Source: an uncultured delta proteobacterium
GTDB taxonomy: Bacteria; Myxococcota_A; Polyangia; Polyangiales; JAFGIB01
Assembly: GCA_963778655.1 (NCBI GenBank)
Contig: CAVZVA010000003.1
Location: 480,001 to 544,000 of the forward strand
Length of the DNA stretch: 64,000 nt
Reading direction: 5' to 3'
Shown here: one piece after another, positions 8,416 through 20,380 of the stretch
How positions within the stretch are numbered: position 1 is the first letter of the stretch
How the letters are laid out: the number at the start of each line of letters is the position of its first letter
Notes under the pieces: generated by a model
What the model saw: only the letters and a program-made list of their open reading frames with translations
Databases searched by the model: none
What the model was told of the DNA's origin: nothing
Made by a program: the position numbers and the translations under genes

Positions 8416-9889
8416 CACGACGAGGCGGGCGTGGGCGGCCCTGCCCTGCGCGGGCCTGCTGCTGCTGTGCGCCACGGCGCACGCGCAGAGCACGCGGCCG
8501 CCGCTCACGCAGAGCGACTTCAACCTCAATCTGGCCACGGGGCCGGTGCTCGGCTCGGGCCGCATCATCGGGCTGGGCGGCGCCTATACCGCGCTCGCGA
8601 CCGGGATCGAAGGCGCGCCCTGGAACCCCGCCGCCTATGCCTCGCGTACGCTCTGGGGCCTGAGCTGGTTCGACTGGGACCTGACCGCGAGCATCGTGCC
8701 CACCATGCTCCGGCACAGCGACTTCGAGAACAACGGGCACGCCGGCTTCACCTACGGGAACTTCGTGTTCGGCACGGTCGGCTTCGGCCTGCACTTCGGC
8801 GAGCTCGGCATGGGCGGCCTGATCAACCTGCACAGCTACACCCTGGACAACCCCAGCACCAACGCCACCGCCGACCTCACGCTCGCGACCGCGAACTACG
8901 GCGCCGGCTACATGTTGGCCGACGGGCAGCTCACGCTGGGCGCGGGCGCGCGCACCGTGATCTTCAGCATCACCGACGCCACCAGCGGCGACAGCCTGGT
9001 GGATTTCGGCGGCACCGGTCCCGAGATCGGCGCGCTGCTTGCGCCGGCGGACAGGCCGTGGCGGCTCGGCTTCGCCGCGCGCCTGCCGGTCGAGTCCAGC
9101 GTCTCGGCCAAGGCCGTGGCGGCCGGTCTGACGCTGCCGCGCCAAATCGTGCTGCCGTGGGAGCTGCAGGCCGGATTCGCCTATCAGCTAGGCAAGCGCC
9201 CCCTCAACCGCAAGTGGGTGAACCCCCACACGGTCGAGACGCGCCTGCGCGAGGAGATGCTCGCGCGGCGGCGCGAGCGCGAGCGCGACGAGCTGGAGCG
9301 CGAGCGGCTCGCGCTGCGCATGCAACAGGCGCAAGAGCGGGCGCCGCCGATCGTGGCAGAGCTGCAGCCCAATGCCTCGGTGCCGGTGGTGCCCCTGGAC
9401 GTGCCGCAGGACCCGTCGTTCTGGGACGCCGAGCACAAGCGCCGCTGGGACGAGGAGCGCGAGCTGCTGGCGCGGATCGCGGATCTGGAGCAGGCGCGCG
9501 AGCAGGCGGTGCGCGCGCTCTCGCGCCGCTACCTGTTGCTGTCGAGCGAGGCGATTCTGGTCGGCGAGACCAGAGACGGCATCGGGCTCGAATCGTTTCT
9601 GTCGCAGCAGCGCCAAGACGCGGGGCGGCGCGTGACCGTGGGCGTGCGCCTGGGAGCGGAGGGCGAGCCGATCCAGAACTGGGTCCAGATGCGGGTCGGC
9701 ACCTATTTCGAGCCCAGCCGCTTTGCGGGCGTCGGCTACCGCGTGCACGCGACGCTGGGCGCCGACGTACGCCTGTTCAGCTGGACCCTGTTCGGCCTGG
9801 TCGACGAGTTCACGCTGAGCGCAGGCGCAGTCGCAGACGTGGCGGTGCGCTACTTGAACGCGGGGGTGGGCATCGGGCTATGGCATTAG
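8396..9889 (+). CDS. Putative outer-membrane beta-barrel protein (FadL/PorV-like N-terminus) with a charged coiled-coil insertion
   Basis: Signal peptide (AHA-Q), RIIGLGGAYTALATGIEGAPWNPAA, alternating aromatic/Gly strands, terminal GIGLWH, internal E/R-rich helix. Confidence 0.65.
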   Translation: MRARSASTTRRAWAALPCAGLLLLCATAHAQSTRPPLTQSDFNLNLATGPVLGSGRIIGLGGAYTALATGIEGAPWNPAAYASRTLWGLSWFDWDLTASIVPTMLRHSDFENNGHAGFTYGNFVFGTVGFGLHFGELGMGGLINLHSYTLDNPSTNATADLTLATANYGAGYMLADGQLTLGAGARTVIFSITDATSGDSLVDFGGTGPEIGALLAPADRPWRLGFAARLPVESSVSAKAVAAGLTLPRQIVLPWELQAGFAYQLGKRPLNRKWVNPHTVETRLREEMLARRRERERDELERERLALRMQQAQERAPPIVAELQPNASVPVVPLDVPQDPSFWDAEHKRRWDEERELLARIADLEQAREQAVRALSRRYLLLSSEAILVGETRDGIGLESFLSQQRQDAGRRVTVGVRLGAEGEPIQNWVQMRVGTYFEPSRFAGVGYRVHATLGADVRLFSWTLFGLVDEFTLSAGAVADVAVRYLNAGVGIGLWH

Positions 9890-9922
9890 CGCGAGCTCGT
9901 CCGCACCCCTGGTCGGGGATCG

Positions 9923-11311
9923 TCAGCTCGCGTTCTGCTTGCCCGAGGGATCGCGATCGAGGAAGCGGTGGAACAGGCCGCCGTTACGCTTGCGGCGGGT
10001 CTCGCCCAGGCGCACCTCGCGGGCGGCCTCCAGGTTGTTGGGATTGAGCTTGAGCGCGCGCTTGAAATGGATCTGGGCTTCTTCCATGCGGCCCAGCTTC
10101 TTGAGCAGCATGCCCTTGTAGAAATAGGCGCGGTCGCAGGTGGGGTCGCGCTTGAGCGCGAGCTTGAGGTGCGTCCAGGCCTCGGGGTGCACGCGGCCGC
10201 TGGTGCTGTGGCGCAGGTAGAGCAGCCAGGCATAGAAGGCCTGATGGCCGGCGCTCGGCTCGAGGTCGAAGGCGCACTCGGCGGCCTGCAGCGCACCGCC
10301 GTAGTCGTTGCGCTTGAGCAGCAGCTCCGCCTTGCGCCGGTACGGCTCCGCGGCCGAGCCCCCGCCCACGCCCTGCGCCAGGTCGAGCGCGCCGAGCTCG
10401 GGCAGCGACGCGCTGGCTCGGGGCGGCTGGGAGGGCGTCACCGCATCGGTGCTGGCGACCACCTCGGTCGACCCATGGGCCGGCGTGCGCATGTGGTAGC
10501 GGCCGCCGCTGCCGCTGATCGAGCCCTGCAGCGGGTGCTTGCGCCGCGACGCCACACGCGGCCGCACGCCCGAGCTCGCGCTGCTGGTTTCGAGCAAGGT
10601 GGGCGAGGAGGGAGCGCTGAACTGCACCGTGGGCGGCGCGGCGCGCGGGGCACCCGCGGGCGGTGCGCCGGCCGCGGGCAGCGGGGGCGCGTGCACCACG
10701 GTGCCCGAAACCTGGCGCGTGATGGGCGCGCCGACCAGGGCGCGCGTGATGTACAGCAGGTAGATCAGGCGGCGAGTCACGCGCTGGGGCAGCGGGCTGC
10801 GCGCGCGCAGCTCGGCCAGCGTCATCGGCCGGTGCCGCAAGCCCTCGATCAGCGCGAGCGCCTCAGCGCTGAAACCGTAGCGCTCGAAGCTCGCGCCCGG
10901 CGCGATTCTGAGCAGGCGCTGCTCCAACGAGGACAGCACGCGGTCCACCGCGTCCTCCCGCACCGGCCCGCGCATCGCCGCGGCGATCACCACCACCGGG
11001 TCGACCTGCCCGACTACCACCGGGCCTTCGCCGAGCGCGTCCTGGCCCTCGAGCAGCACGAAGTCGTCGTCGGCGCGCGCACACAGGGGGATCAGCGCCT
11101 GCAGCAGATTGCCGGCAGGCCCGCCGCCCACGCGCGCCGCGGTGGGCACACCGTCCTCGAAGCGCACGCGCGCGGACACCGTACCGCCTGGAGCGCACAG
11201 CAGCAGCGTGCCGCTGCGCCGCGCGTCGAGCAGGTCTATCAACAGGTGCGTGAAGGGCAGCTCGCGCAGGCTGCCCCGGAAGGACGTTTCGACCGCTACT
11301 GCTGGCTCCAT
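9923..11311 (-). CDS. DUF4388-like N-terminal domain, Pro/Ser linker and C-terminal TPR protein
   Basis: GSLRELPFTHLL..RSGTLLL; TPRs (AYFYKGMLLKKLG..FKRALKLNPNNLEA). Confidence 0.75.
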   Translation of the reverse strand: MEPAVAVETSFRGSLRELPFTHLLIDLLDARRSGTLLLCAPGGTVSARVRFEDGVPTAARVGGGPAGNLLQALIPLCARADDDFVLLEGQDALGEGPVVVGQVDPVVVIAAAMRGPVREDAVDRVLSSLEQRLLRIAPGASFERYGFSAEALALIEGLRHRPMTLAELRARSPLPQRVTRRLIYLLYITRALVGAPITRQVSGTVVHAPPLPAAGAPPAGAPRAAPPTVQFSAPSSPTLLETSSASSGVRPRVASRRKHPLQGSISGSGGRYHMRTPAHGSTEVVASTDAVTPSQPPRASASLPELGALDLAQGVGGGSAAEPYRRKAELLLKRNDYGGALQAAECAFDLEPSAGHQAFYAWLLYLRHSTSGRVHPEAWTHLKLALKRDPTCDRAYFYKGMLLKKLGRMEEAQIHFKRALKLNPNNLEAAREVRLGETRRKRNGGLFHRFLDRDPSGKQNAS

Positions 11312-11566
11312 GCCGTGCTCGTGCTCCTCGTTTCTTGTCCAACCAAGATCATGTACCCGCAGCGGACCGCGGGGCTGAGGAATTCCTTACGGTTTCCAAA
11401 CCATTGAGGCCGCGCGCGCGGGGCGGACGCGTGATGGGTGTCGCGCGCAGTCGGGGCGGCGCGCACAGCGGCCCAGGTCGTGGGCGCAAGCTCGACAAGC
11501 TGCCACTCGACTTTGCGCCGGCGCGACCCATAGTATCCGCGGGGACGCGGTCCCCCGGCGTTTCGT

Positions 11567-13270
<1,704 letters not shown>

Positions 13271-13276
13271 GAGCTC

Positions 13277-13335
13277 ACAGCAAGACAGCAAGACGGGAAG
13301 CCCTGGTCACTTCTCTGTTGCCGCCTTCCTGTTGC
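13277..13335. repeat. Short-period imperfect inverted repeat between convergent genes (possible terminator or REP-like element)
   Basis: ACAGCAAG-ACAGCAAG-ACGGGAAG followed by roughly complementary CTTCTCTGTTGC..CTTCCTGTTGC. Confidence 0.4.
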
Positions 13336-13343
13336 AGCTCCCG

Positions 13344-14885
13344 CTACCGGCGCGTGCGCCAGGCGTCTAACTCCTCCCGCCGCGGGTCGATCTCGGTGCG
13401 GCACGGCACGTCGAGGATCATCGTGTTGCGCCGCGCGCTGGTGTACGGCTCCCAAGCCGGCAGCCCGGGATGGCTCGGGTTTCCGCTGCGCGCGAACGCC
13501 ACCCACGCGTTGCTCACGGCCTCCACCAGCTGCGCCTTGTCCGGTCGGCCGCCGGTCATGGGCGAGATCTCGGTGTTGTCGAACACGAACGGAATCTCGA
13601 GCGCGTGCGCGGCCTTGAGCAGCCCTCCCAGGAAATCCGACTGCCAGGTGAACAGGTACATGTACACGGGGGCCGCATCGCCGTCGGCCTTGCGCTCGGC
13701 TAGGCGGATGGTCGCGCGGTGGAAGGGCTCGCTCTGAATCGCGATCAGCAGATCCCAGGGCGTGGCCTGGGGCCGCGTCTTCTTGTAGGCAGCCAGCACC
13801 TGCTCGAGCTTGGGCCCGAGCAGGGGTGCCACGCGCTGGCGCAGCTCCGCCTCGTCGAGCCGCCTGCGGCGCGGATCGGCGGCCAGAAACAGCGCGGCCT
13901 CGTCGAGATTGGAACCGATCAGCAAGGGAATGCCTGCGGCGGTGGGCGCGGCATCGGGATCGAAGGGATGCCGGGGCAGGTGTTTGCCGTCGACCACCGG
14001 CGACAGCGCCATCAGCCCACCCCCGCGCGCCAGCGGCGCCGTGCTGCCCGCGACGCCGCCCAGCCTGAGCTTGCCGGCGGCGTCGAGCAGGGCCTGGTCC
14101 GGCACCTGCTGCAGCGCGTCGAGCTTGTCGCGGCCGAGCCCCAGGCCCGAGAGCAGCTGCTCGGCGAGCGCGTTGGCGCTCTCGCGCTCCATTCCGCGCA
14201 GCCCGGGGCCGCTCTGCACGATCGCCTTGTGGAACAGCCCCCTGGCCGCGGGCATCGCGAGCAGCGTGCTGACCTTGGAGCCGCCGCCCGACTCGCCGAA
14301 GATGGTGACGTTGTCGGGGTCGCCGCCAAAGACGGCCGCGTTGTCGCGCACCCACTGCAGCGCCAGCACCACGTCGAGCAAGCCAGCCACGCCCGAGCCG
14401 GAGTACTTCTCACCGCCGAGGTCCGCCAGGTGCAGGTAGCCGAAGACGTTGAGCCGGTGGTTGATGGTGATGACCACCACGTCGCCGCGCCGGCTCAGGT
14501 GTGCGCCGTCGTACCAGCCTTCGGAGCCGGCGCCGGAGGCGTAGCCGCGGCCGTGCAGCCACAGCATCACCGGACGCCGGCCGTCCACGCCGGGCGTCCA
14601 CAGGTTGAGCACCAGGCAATCCTCGCTCACCGGCAGCTGGGGCAACGGCCCGACCACGCGCGAGTCGGCCAGCGCGTCCTCGACCAGGGCGCCGCGCTGC
14701 GGGCAGAGCGGCCCGTAGTCGAGCGCGTCGCGCACGCCGCTCCATGCCGGCGCCGGAAGCGGCGGCAGGAAGCGCCGCGCCCCTCCGGTCGGCGCGCCGT
14801 AGGGAATCCCCTTGAAGCAGAGCACGCCCTCCGCGCTGCTGCCCCGCAGCTTGCCCGCCCGCGTCTCGACCACGATCTCGGTCAT
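13344..14885 (-). CDS. Carboxylesterase type B (para-nitrobenzyl esterase-like)
   Basis: [62 protein letters not shown] before ATG 14885. Confidence 0.92.
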   Translation of the reverse strand: MTEIVVETRAGKLRGSSAEGVLCFKGIPYGAPTGGARRFLPPLPAPAWSGVRDALDYGPLCPQRGALVEDALADSRVVGPLPQLPVSEDCLVLNLWTPGVDGRRPVMLWLHGRGYASGAGSEGWYDGAHLSRRGDVVVITINHRLNVFGYLHLADLGGEKYSGSGVAGLLDVVLALQWVRDNAAVFGGDPDNVTIFGESGGGSKVSTLLAMPAARGLFHKAIVQSGPGLRGMERESANALAEQLLSGLGLGRDKLDALQQVPDQALLDAAGKLRLGGVAGSTAPLARGGGLMALSPVVDGKHLPRHPFDPDAAPTAAGIPLLIGSNLDEAALFLAADPRRRRLDEAELRQRVAPLLGPKLEQVLAAYKKTRPQATPWDLLIAIQSEPFHRATIRLAERKADGDAAPVYMYLFTWQSDFLGGLLKAAHALEIPFVFDNTEISPMTGGRPDKAQLVEAVSNAWVAFARSGNPSHPGLPAWEPYTSARRNTMILDVPCRTEIDPRREELDAWRTRR

Positions 14886-14953
14886 AGAAGGCACCTCCGC
14901 TCCGCCCACCGGCCACCTGGAGCGACGGTCATACCAGAGGCTCGCGGCGGCTT

Positions 14954-15838
14954 CTACCTCGCGACCGGCTTGAGCGCGACGCGGCCGTCCTTGACCACGA
15001 CCTCGAAGTCGATCTGCTTACCGGCGTGCTTGCGTTCCAGCTTGGGGATCATGTCGCGGACCGACTTGGCCACACTCTCGAGCTTGACGTTGTCGGTGCG
15101 CTCGCTGTTCTGGCGCCGCGCCTCGAGGTAGCGCTGGTAGATGCCGCGGATGCGGTCGTCCGACATGCCGCCGGGGGCGGCGGGCGAGGAGGTCGGCTTG
15201 CGCACGGTGGCCGCAGCCGGCGCAGGGCGGCGCGAAGCGCCGGGCGGAAGCGGCGGCGGCTTGCGGTTGACGCCGGCGTCCGCGGCCGGCGGCGGCGCCA
15301 GCAGCGCGTCGGTCGGCATCGCGAACGGGGTGATCTCGCGCAGGGCGCGCAAGGGCCTGTCGGTGCTGGGCGGCCGGCTGGGCGGGCGGCTCGAGGGGTG
15401 GGTCGGGGGCGTGCTCGGGGGCGGCGAGCTCGCCGCTGCGCTCTCGAGCGCTGCCTCGATGTCGATGTCGAGATCGAGCTCGTAGCCGTCGGCAGGCGCG
15501 GCCCGCCCGGCCTCGGCGCCGGCTGCGCGCCGCCGCGCGCGCAGCACGTCGCGCTTGTACGTGCCCTCCTCGATCTGACGCGTGATGCGCTGCCAGTAGG
15601 TGTTGTAGGTGGTGTAGCGCTGCACCAGCTGGTTGAACCGAAAGCGCAGCGCGGTGTTGCGCGGTTGGGCGCGACGCATCGCGGCGATCAGCTTGTCGAC
15701 GTCGGCGCGCTGCATCCGCGGCTCGGTGCGCTCGAGCCCATGAAACCACTGGTCGTAGAGCGTGCGCAGGCGCCGCAGGCGTATCTCCGCGTCGGCCAGC
15801 GTCGCCTCAAACTGCCGTTGGTCCATGCCATTCGTCAA
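14954..15838 (-). CDS. Myxobacterial conserved protein (MXAN_5187 C-terminal-like domain)
   Basis: N-terminal [37 protein letters not shown], Pro-rich linker, C-terminal [24 protein letters not shown]; family name from recall. Confidence 0.65.
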   Translation of the reverse strand: MTNGMDQRQFEATLADAEIRLRRLRTLYDQWFHGLERTEPRMQRADVDKLIAAMRRAQPRNTALRFRFNQLVQRYTTYNTYWQRITRQIEEGTYKRDVLRARRRAAGAEAGRAAPADGYELDLDIDIEAALESAAASSPPPSTPPTHPSSRPPSRPPSTDRPLRALREITPFAMPTDALLAPPPAADAGVNRKPPPLPPGASRRPAPAAATVRKPTSSPAAPGGMSDDRIRGIYQRYLEARRQNSERTDNVKLESVAKSVRDMIPKLERKHAGKQIDFEVVVKDGRVALKPVAR

Positions 15839-16509
15839 AGCGGATCGATGCGCAGGTTGTCGAACCAGAGCTCGGACTGCCAGTCGTTGAACCCAAAATG
15901 GTCGTGGCCGGACCCTTCGAGCGGGTGGGGATCGGTCATTTTCACGAGCTCGTGATCATCGACGACGGCTTTGATTGTAGCGCCCCGACGCTCGATTTTC
16001 ATGTGATAGGTCTTGCCCTGTACGACTTTGTAGGCGGGTCCCACCACACGATCCTCGCCGTGCTCGTTCATGCGTGCCAGCACGTTGAGCGAGTTGTTCC
16101 AGCCGCCGAAAATCACCACATAGCTGGTCGCGGTGTAGCTGATGGTCTCCGCCTTGGAGACGCCATCCCCGAACAACTCGACCTTGATGTCGCCCTCCGG
16201 AGAATCGCTGCGGACGTCGAAGCTCACGCGCACATCGCGCGGCAGGGTGCGCCGCAGCCACAGCGGTTTGTTGCGCGCTCCCCGCACGTGCAGCATGCCG
16301 TCGCGGATCGTGTAGGGGCCGCCGGTGTTCAGCCACTGGGTGCCCAGGTCCGCGCGGTCGAAGGCGTCGTGGAAGCCGCCGGGTCCGATCGCGGGATCGC
16401 CCTGCGGCGTGCAAGCGCCGAACGCGAGGGCGAGCACGAGCGCGCCGAGCACGAGCGCGCCTTGGCTGCGCGCTGAAGGAGTGCCATGCGGGTGCGGGTC
16501 AGGTGTCAT
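15835..16509 (-). CDS. Putative lipoprotein with ConA/lectin-like beta-sandwich
   Basis: Lipobox AFGAC, FHDAFDR, YHMKIERRG, WFDNLRI; ATG overlaps the upstream TGA. Confidence 0.7.
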   Translation of the reverse strand: MTPDPHPHGTPSARSQGALVLGALVLALAFGACTPQGDPAIGPGGFHDAFDRADLGTQWLNTGGPYTIRDGMLHVRGARNKPLWLRRTLPRDVRVSFDVRSDSPEGDIKVELFGDGVSKAETISYTATSYVVIFGGWNNSLNVLARMNEHGEDRVVGPAYKVVQGKTYHMKIERRGATIKAVVDDHELVKMTDPHPLEGSGHDHFGFNDWQSELWFDNLRIDPL

Positions 16510-17732
16510 CACTTGGGATCCGTGCAGCCGTCCTCGTCGTCGTCGTGGTCTTCCAGCGCGGCCTGGTTCGGGCACAGGTCGTCGGCGTCGGGGACGAGGT
16601 CGTTGTCGTTGTCCGGATCGGGACAGCCGTCCTGATCCTGAAAGCCGTCGTGGTCTTCGGCCAGAAACGGGCAGGCGTCGCGGCTGTCGGGGACGCCGTC
16701 ATGATCGGCGTCGAAGTCGCCCGGCGTGTACCACAGCCCGAAGATCGCGCGGAACGCCGGCGAGCCCACGCCGCCCGTGAAGCCGGTGCCCACGCCGAGC
16801 GCGAGCGTGACGCGCGTGCTCACCGGGTAGACCCAGCCGAGCTCGCCCTCGACCGCGGTGGTGGCGCGCGAGCGAAAATCGCTGGCCCCGCGCACCTCGA
16901 CCACGCCGGCGAGCGGAAACAGCGGCGGAATGGGCAGCTTGAGCGCGGCCCCGAAGGTCATCTCGTCGCGCAGGCGCACGCCGTACAGACGCCGGCCCTC
17001 GAAGCGATGGCGGAAGCCGATGCTGCCGCCGAGGCCGGCGCCGAGCAGGTGAATGTCGCCGAGCAGGCGCCCCTCGACGCGCGTCGCGCCCTCGCCCGCG
17101 TAGGCGCCGTCGTCGCCGGCGGGAAGATCGGTGCCGAGCTGCAGCGCGACGCCGGGACCGTCGCGACGCATCTCGGGGTTGTCGCCCGGGTCGCCGAGGA
17201 AGCGGTAGCGCAGGCGCAGCGCGGGATCGCGCAGCGCGAACGCCGGTAGGCCGGGATCGCCCGCGGCCAGGCGCTGCCCCCCCTGGTACAGCACCAGCGG
17301 CAGCTCCAGCCCGAAGGCCACCCGCGAGCCGAGCCCGAGCTCGCCGCTGAGTAGGCCGCTCACACGCCGCTGCACCAGCCCGACCTTGCCGCCGCTGGCG
17401 CGGTCGACCTGCAGCAAGGTGGTGGTGAAACCGCTCCACAATCCCAGCGTCATCCGCCCCGTACCCGGCGTGCGCGTGCCCTGCACGCCGAGAAAGCCCT
17501 CGGCGTCGAGCCCGGGCGTGAAGCGCTCGAGGTCGACTGCGCGCTGGGCGCTCGCCGCCGAGGCGGCCAGCGCCAGGCCCAGCGACGCGGCGAGCGCGAG
17601 CGCGGCCGCGGACCGGCACAGGGGTGGAGCAGGCGGGGTCTGCGCGCTGCGCGGCCCGGCTTGCCAGCCCAGGCCCCTGCCCGCCCGGCCCTGCGCGGGG
17701 GCCGCTCCGGTCGCGCGGCCAAGCGCTACCAT
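16509..17732 (-). CDS. Outer-membrane beta-barrel protein with C-terminal thrombospondin type-3 repeats (TraB/OmpA-like, no OmpA domain)
   Basis: Signal peptide ASA-Q, LERFTP, barrel ending GVGSPAFRAIFGLWY, then DADHDGVPDSRDACP..EDHDGFQDQDGCPDPDNDND; start uncertain. Confidence 0.75.
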   Translation of the reverse strand: MVALGRATGAAPAQGRAGRGLGWQAGPRSAQTPPAPPLCRSAAALALAASLGLALAASAASAQRAVDLERFTPGLDAEGFLGVQGTRTPGTGRMTLGLWSGFTTTLLQVDRASGGKVGLVQRRVSGLLSGELGLGSRVAFGLELPLVLYQGGQRLAAGDPGLPAFALRDPALRLRYRFLGDPGDNPEMRRDGPGVALQLGTDLPAGDDGAYAGEGATRVEGRLLGDIHLLGAGLGGSIGFRHRFEGRRLYGVRLRDEMTFGAALKLPIPPLFPLAGVVEVRGASDFRSRATTAVEGELGWVYPVSTRVTLALGVGTGFTGGVGSPAFRAIFGLWYTPGDFDADHDGVPDSRDACPFLAEDHDGFQDQDGCPDPDNDNDLVPDADDLCPNQAALEDHDDDEDGCTDPK

Positions 17733-18661
17733 CGCCACAGCGGCAGCCGCCGTCCCCGGCCGGCTGCCGGCGCCGGGCGTTCGGGCGCAGGCGCAAGCCT
17801 CGGCTCGCGCGGGGCGGGCGCGGCCTGGCACGGCTCGGCTTGCGCGCCTGCGGGCTCGGCCTCGGGATCGAGCGGCGCGTCGAGGGCGAGCGCGCGCTGC
17901 AGCGAGCGGTCGAGCAGGTGCGCGGCTTTGACGTTGCCCATGGCCGCCAACATGCTCTCGCGCGCCTGGGGCGCAATGCGCTCGAGCTCACCGAGCAGGC
18001 GCTTGACCTGCTTGCGCTTGAGCTGCTCCTGCGAGCCGCACAGATCGCAGGGCAAGATGGGGAAGCGCATCAGCTCGGCGAAGCGCGCGATCACCGCCTC
18101 GTGCGCGTACAGCAGCGGGCGGATCACGACGTGCTTGCCGTCTCGGCTGCGCAGCTTGGGCGGCATCGACGCCAGCGCGCCGGTGTAGGTGAGATTGAGC
18201 AACAGAGTCTCGACTGCGTCGTCGCGGTGATGACCGAGCGCGATCTTGGTGCAGCCGAGCTCGCCGGCGACGCGGTACAGCACGCCGCGGCGCAGGCGCG
18301 AGCACAACGAGCAATAGGTCTTGCCCTCGGGCACGTGGCGCACCACCACGCTGTAGGTGTCCTCGCGCACGATGCGATGGGGGTAGCCCTCGGCCGCGAG
18401 AAACTCGCGCAGGGGCGCGCCGTCGTAACCCGGCTGGCCCTGATCGAGGTGCACGGCGAGCAGCTCGAACGGGAACGGCGCGCGCTGGCGGAAGCGCTCG
18501 AGCAAGGTGAGCAGGCTGTAGCTGTCCTTGCCGCCGCTGACGCAGACCATCACCTTGTCGCCCGGCGCGATCAGCTCGAAATCGGCGATGCAGCGCCCCA
18601 GCGCGCGCGCGAGCTGCGACTCGAGCACCCGGAGCTCCGATCTCTGCAAGGGCTGCGGCAT
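17726..18661 (-). CDS. ttcA: tRNA 2-thiocytidine(32) synthetase
   Basis: SGGKDS PP-loop, CSLCSRLRRG, ALGHHRDD, MPPKL, IRPL, PCDLCGSQ. Confidence 0.95.
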   Translation of the reverse strand: MPQPLQRSELRVLESQLARALGRCIADFELIAPGDKVMVCVSGGKDSYSLLTLLERFRQRAPFPFELLAVHLDQGQPGYDGAPLREFLAAEGYPHRIVREDTYSVVVRHVPEGKTYCSLCSRLRRGVLYRVAGELGCTKIALGHHRDDAVETLLLNLTYTGALASMPPKLRSRDGKHVVIRPLLYAHEAVIARFAELMRFPILPCDLCGSQEQLKRKQVKRLLGELERIAPQARESMLAAMGNVKAAHLLDRSLQRALALDAPLDPEAEPAGAQAEPCQAAPAPREPRLAPAPERPAPAAGRGRRLPLWRW

Positions 18662-18854
18662 GGCTGGAGTGCGCTGGTTCCGTGGGCAGGGCGGGCGTTG
18701 GAGGCGGCGCGGAGGCGGCAACCCGCCGGGAACGCACGGATCGCGCGCTCCCGCGCCCGACACCGTGGGCCGCAGCCAGTGGGTGTAGCAAAAGGCCGCG
18801 CGCGCCGCCATGGCCGGCTTGCCAGGCCGGGCCACCGCCTGTACACCGCTGCCC

Positions 18855-20348
18855 GTGACGCTGCGTCTGCACAACACGCTGAGCGGCCGGCTCGAGCCGT
18901 TCGAGCCCGCCGTTGCCGGGCACGCCGGGCTCTACGTGTGCGGGCCGACCGTCTACAACCACGCGCACGTGGGCCACATGCGCGGGGCGCTGACCTACGA
19001 CATCCTGGTGCGCCACCTGCGCGAGCACGGCGTGCAGGTCAAATACGTCCGCAACATCACCGATGTCGAGGACAAGATCCTCAAGCGCGCCGCCGAGCGG
19101 GGCGAGAGCCCGCACGAGCTGGCCGCGCGCTACGAGCGTGCCTACCACGAGGACGTGGCACGCCTGGGCCTGCTGCCGCCCGACCTGGAGCCCCGGGTCA
19201 GCGAGCACATGGACGACATCCGCGCGCTGATCACGCGTCTGGTCGACAAGGGCGCCGCCTACGCGTCGGACGGCGACGTGTACTTCAGCGTCCAAGCCTT
19301 CCCCGAGTACGGCAAGCTCTCGCATCGCAAGCAATCCGATCTCGAGTACGGCGCGAGCGGGCGGCTCGACGACGAGGAGCGGCGGCGCAAGCGCCACCCG
19401 GCCGACTTCGCGTTGTGGAAGGGTGCCAAGCAGGGCGAGCCGTCGTGGGAAAGCCCCTGGGGCCCAGGCAGGCCCGGCTGGCACATCGAGTGCTCGGCGA
19501 TGGCCATGCGCTACCTGGGCGACTCGTTCGACCTGCACGGCGGCGGGCTCGACCTGGTCTTCCCGCACCATGAGAACGAGATCGCACAGAGCGAGGCGGC
19601 CACCGGCAAACCGCTGTCGCGGATGTGGGTGCACAACGGGTTCATCGAGGTGGGCCGCGAGAAGATGAGCAAGAGCCTCGGCAACTTCCTGACCGCGGAG
19701 GAGTGCTACGCGCTGGTCGAGCCCGAAGCGCTGCGCTACCTGGTGCTGACCGTGCACTACCGGGCGCCGCTCAACCTGGACTGGCGCCGCGATGACCAGG
19801 GGCGGGCGATCGCGTGCCCGCAGCTCGAGGAAGCCGAGCGCAGGGTGGAATACCTGTACCGGACGCGCGCGCGCCTGCAGGCGATCCCGCAAGCCAAGAC
19901 GGTCGAGGCCGGCGAGGTGCCCGAGGCGCTCTCGGGCCTTGCCGCGAGCCTCGGCGCCGCGCTCGACGAGGACCTCAACACGCCGGTTGCGCTGGCAGCG
20001 GTGGCGGAGTTCCTGAAGCAGGTCAACGAGCTGGCGGAGCTGGCCAAGGGCAAGAAGAGCCGGGTCGGTCGCGCAGCGCTGGCCGCGGCCCACGCCGGCT
20101 TCGACGTGCTCGGCCGCGTGCTCGGGCTCGGCCTGGGCGACGCGGACGCGTTGCTCGAGCGCATTCGCGAGCGCCGCGCGGCGCGCCTGGGCGTGCGCGG
20201 CGAGGACGTGGAGCGCCGCATCGCCGAGCGCGTAGCCGCGCGGGCGGCCCGCGACTTCGCGCGCGCCGATCAGATCCGCGACGAGATCACCGCGCTCGGC
20301 ATCGAGCTGATGGACGGCCCCGAAGGCACCACCTGGCGCATCGCCTAG
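18855..20348 (+). CDS. cysS: Cysteine--tRNA ligase
   Basis: [41 protein letters not shown] start. Confidence 0.97.
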   Translation: MTLRLHNTLSGRLEPFEPAVAGHAGLYVCGPTVYNHAHVGHMRGALTYDILVRHLREHGVQVKYVRNITDVEDKILKRAAERGESPHELAARYERAYHEDVARLGLLPPDLEPRVSEHMDDIRALITRLVDKGAAYASDGDVYFSVQAFPEYGKLSHRKQSDLEYGASGRLDDEERRRKRHPADFALWKGAKQGEPSWESPWGPGRPGWHIECSAMAMRYLGDSFDLHGGGLDLVFPHHENEIAQSEAATGKPLSRMWVHNGFIEVGREKMSKSLGNFLTAEECYALVEPEALRYLVLTVHYRAPLNLDWRRDDQGRAIACPQLEEAERRVEYLYRTRARLQAIPQAKTVEAGEVPEALSGLAASLGAALDEDLNTPVALAAVAEFLKQVNELAELAKGKKSRVGRAALAAAHAGFDVLGRVLGLGLGDADALLERIRERRAARLGVRGEDVERRIAERVAARAARDFARADQIRDEITALGIELMDGPEGTTWRIA

Positions 20349-20380
20349 CGAGCTCTTGGTTTCTAAATCCGCTCCGGGAT

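Noticed and set aside
7189..8568. N-terminal 460 aa of the 893-aa ORF containing pcnB
   Set aside because: Overlaps nagZ antisense; PcnB similarity starts only after Met at 7188, so it is not a fusion
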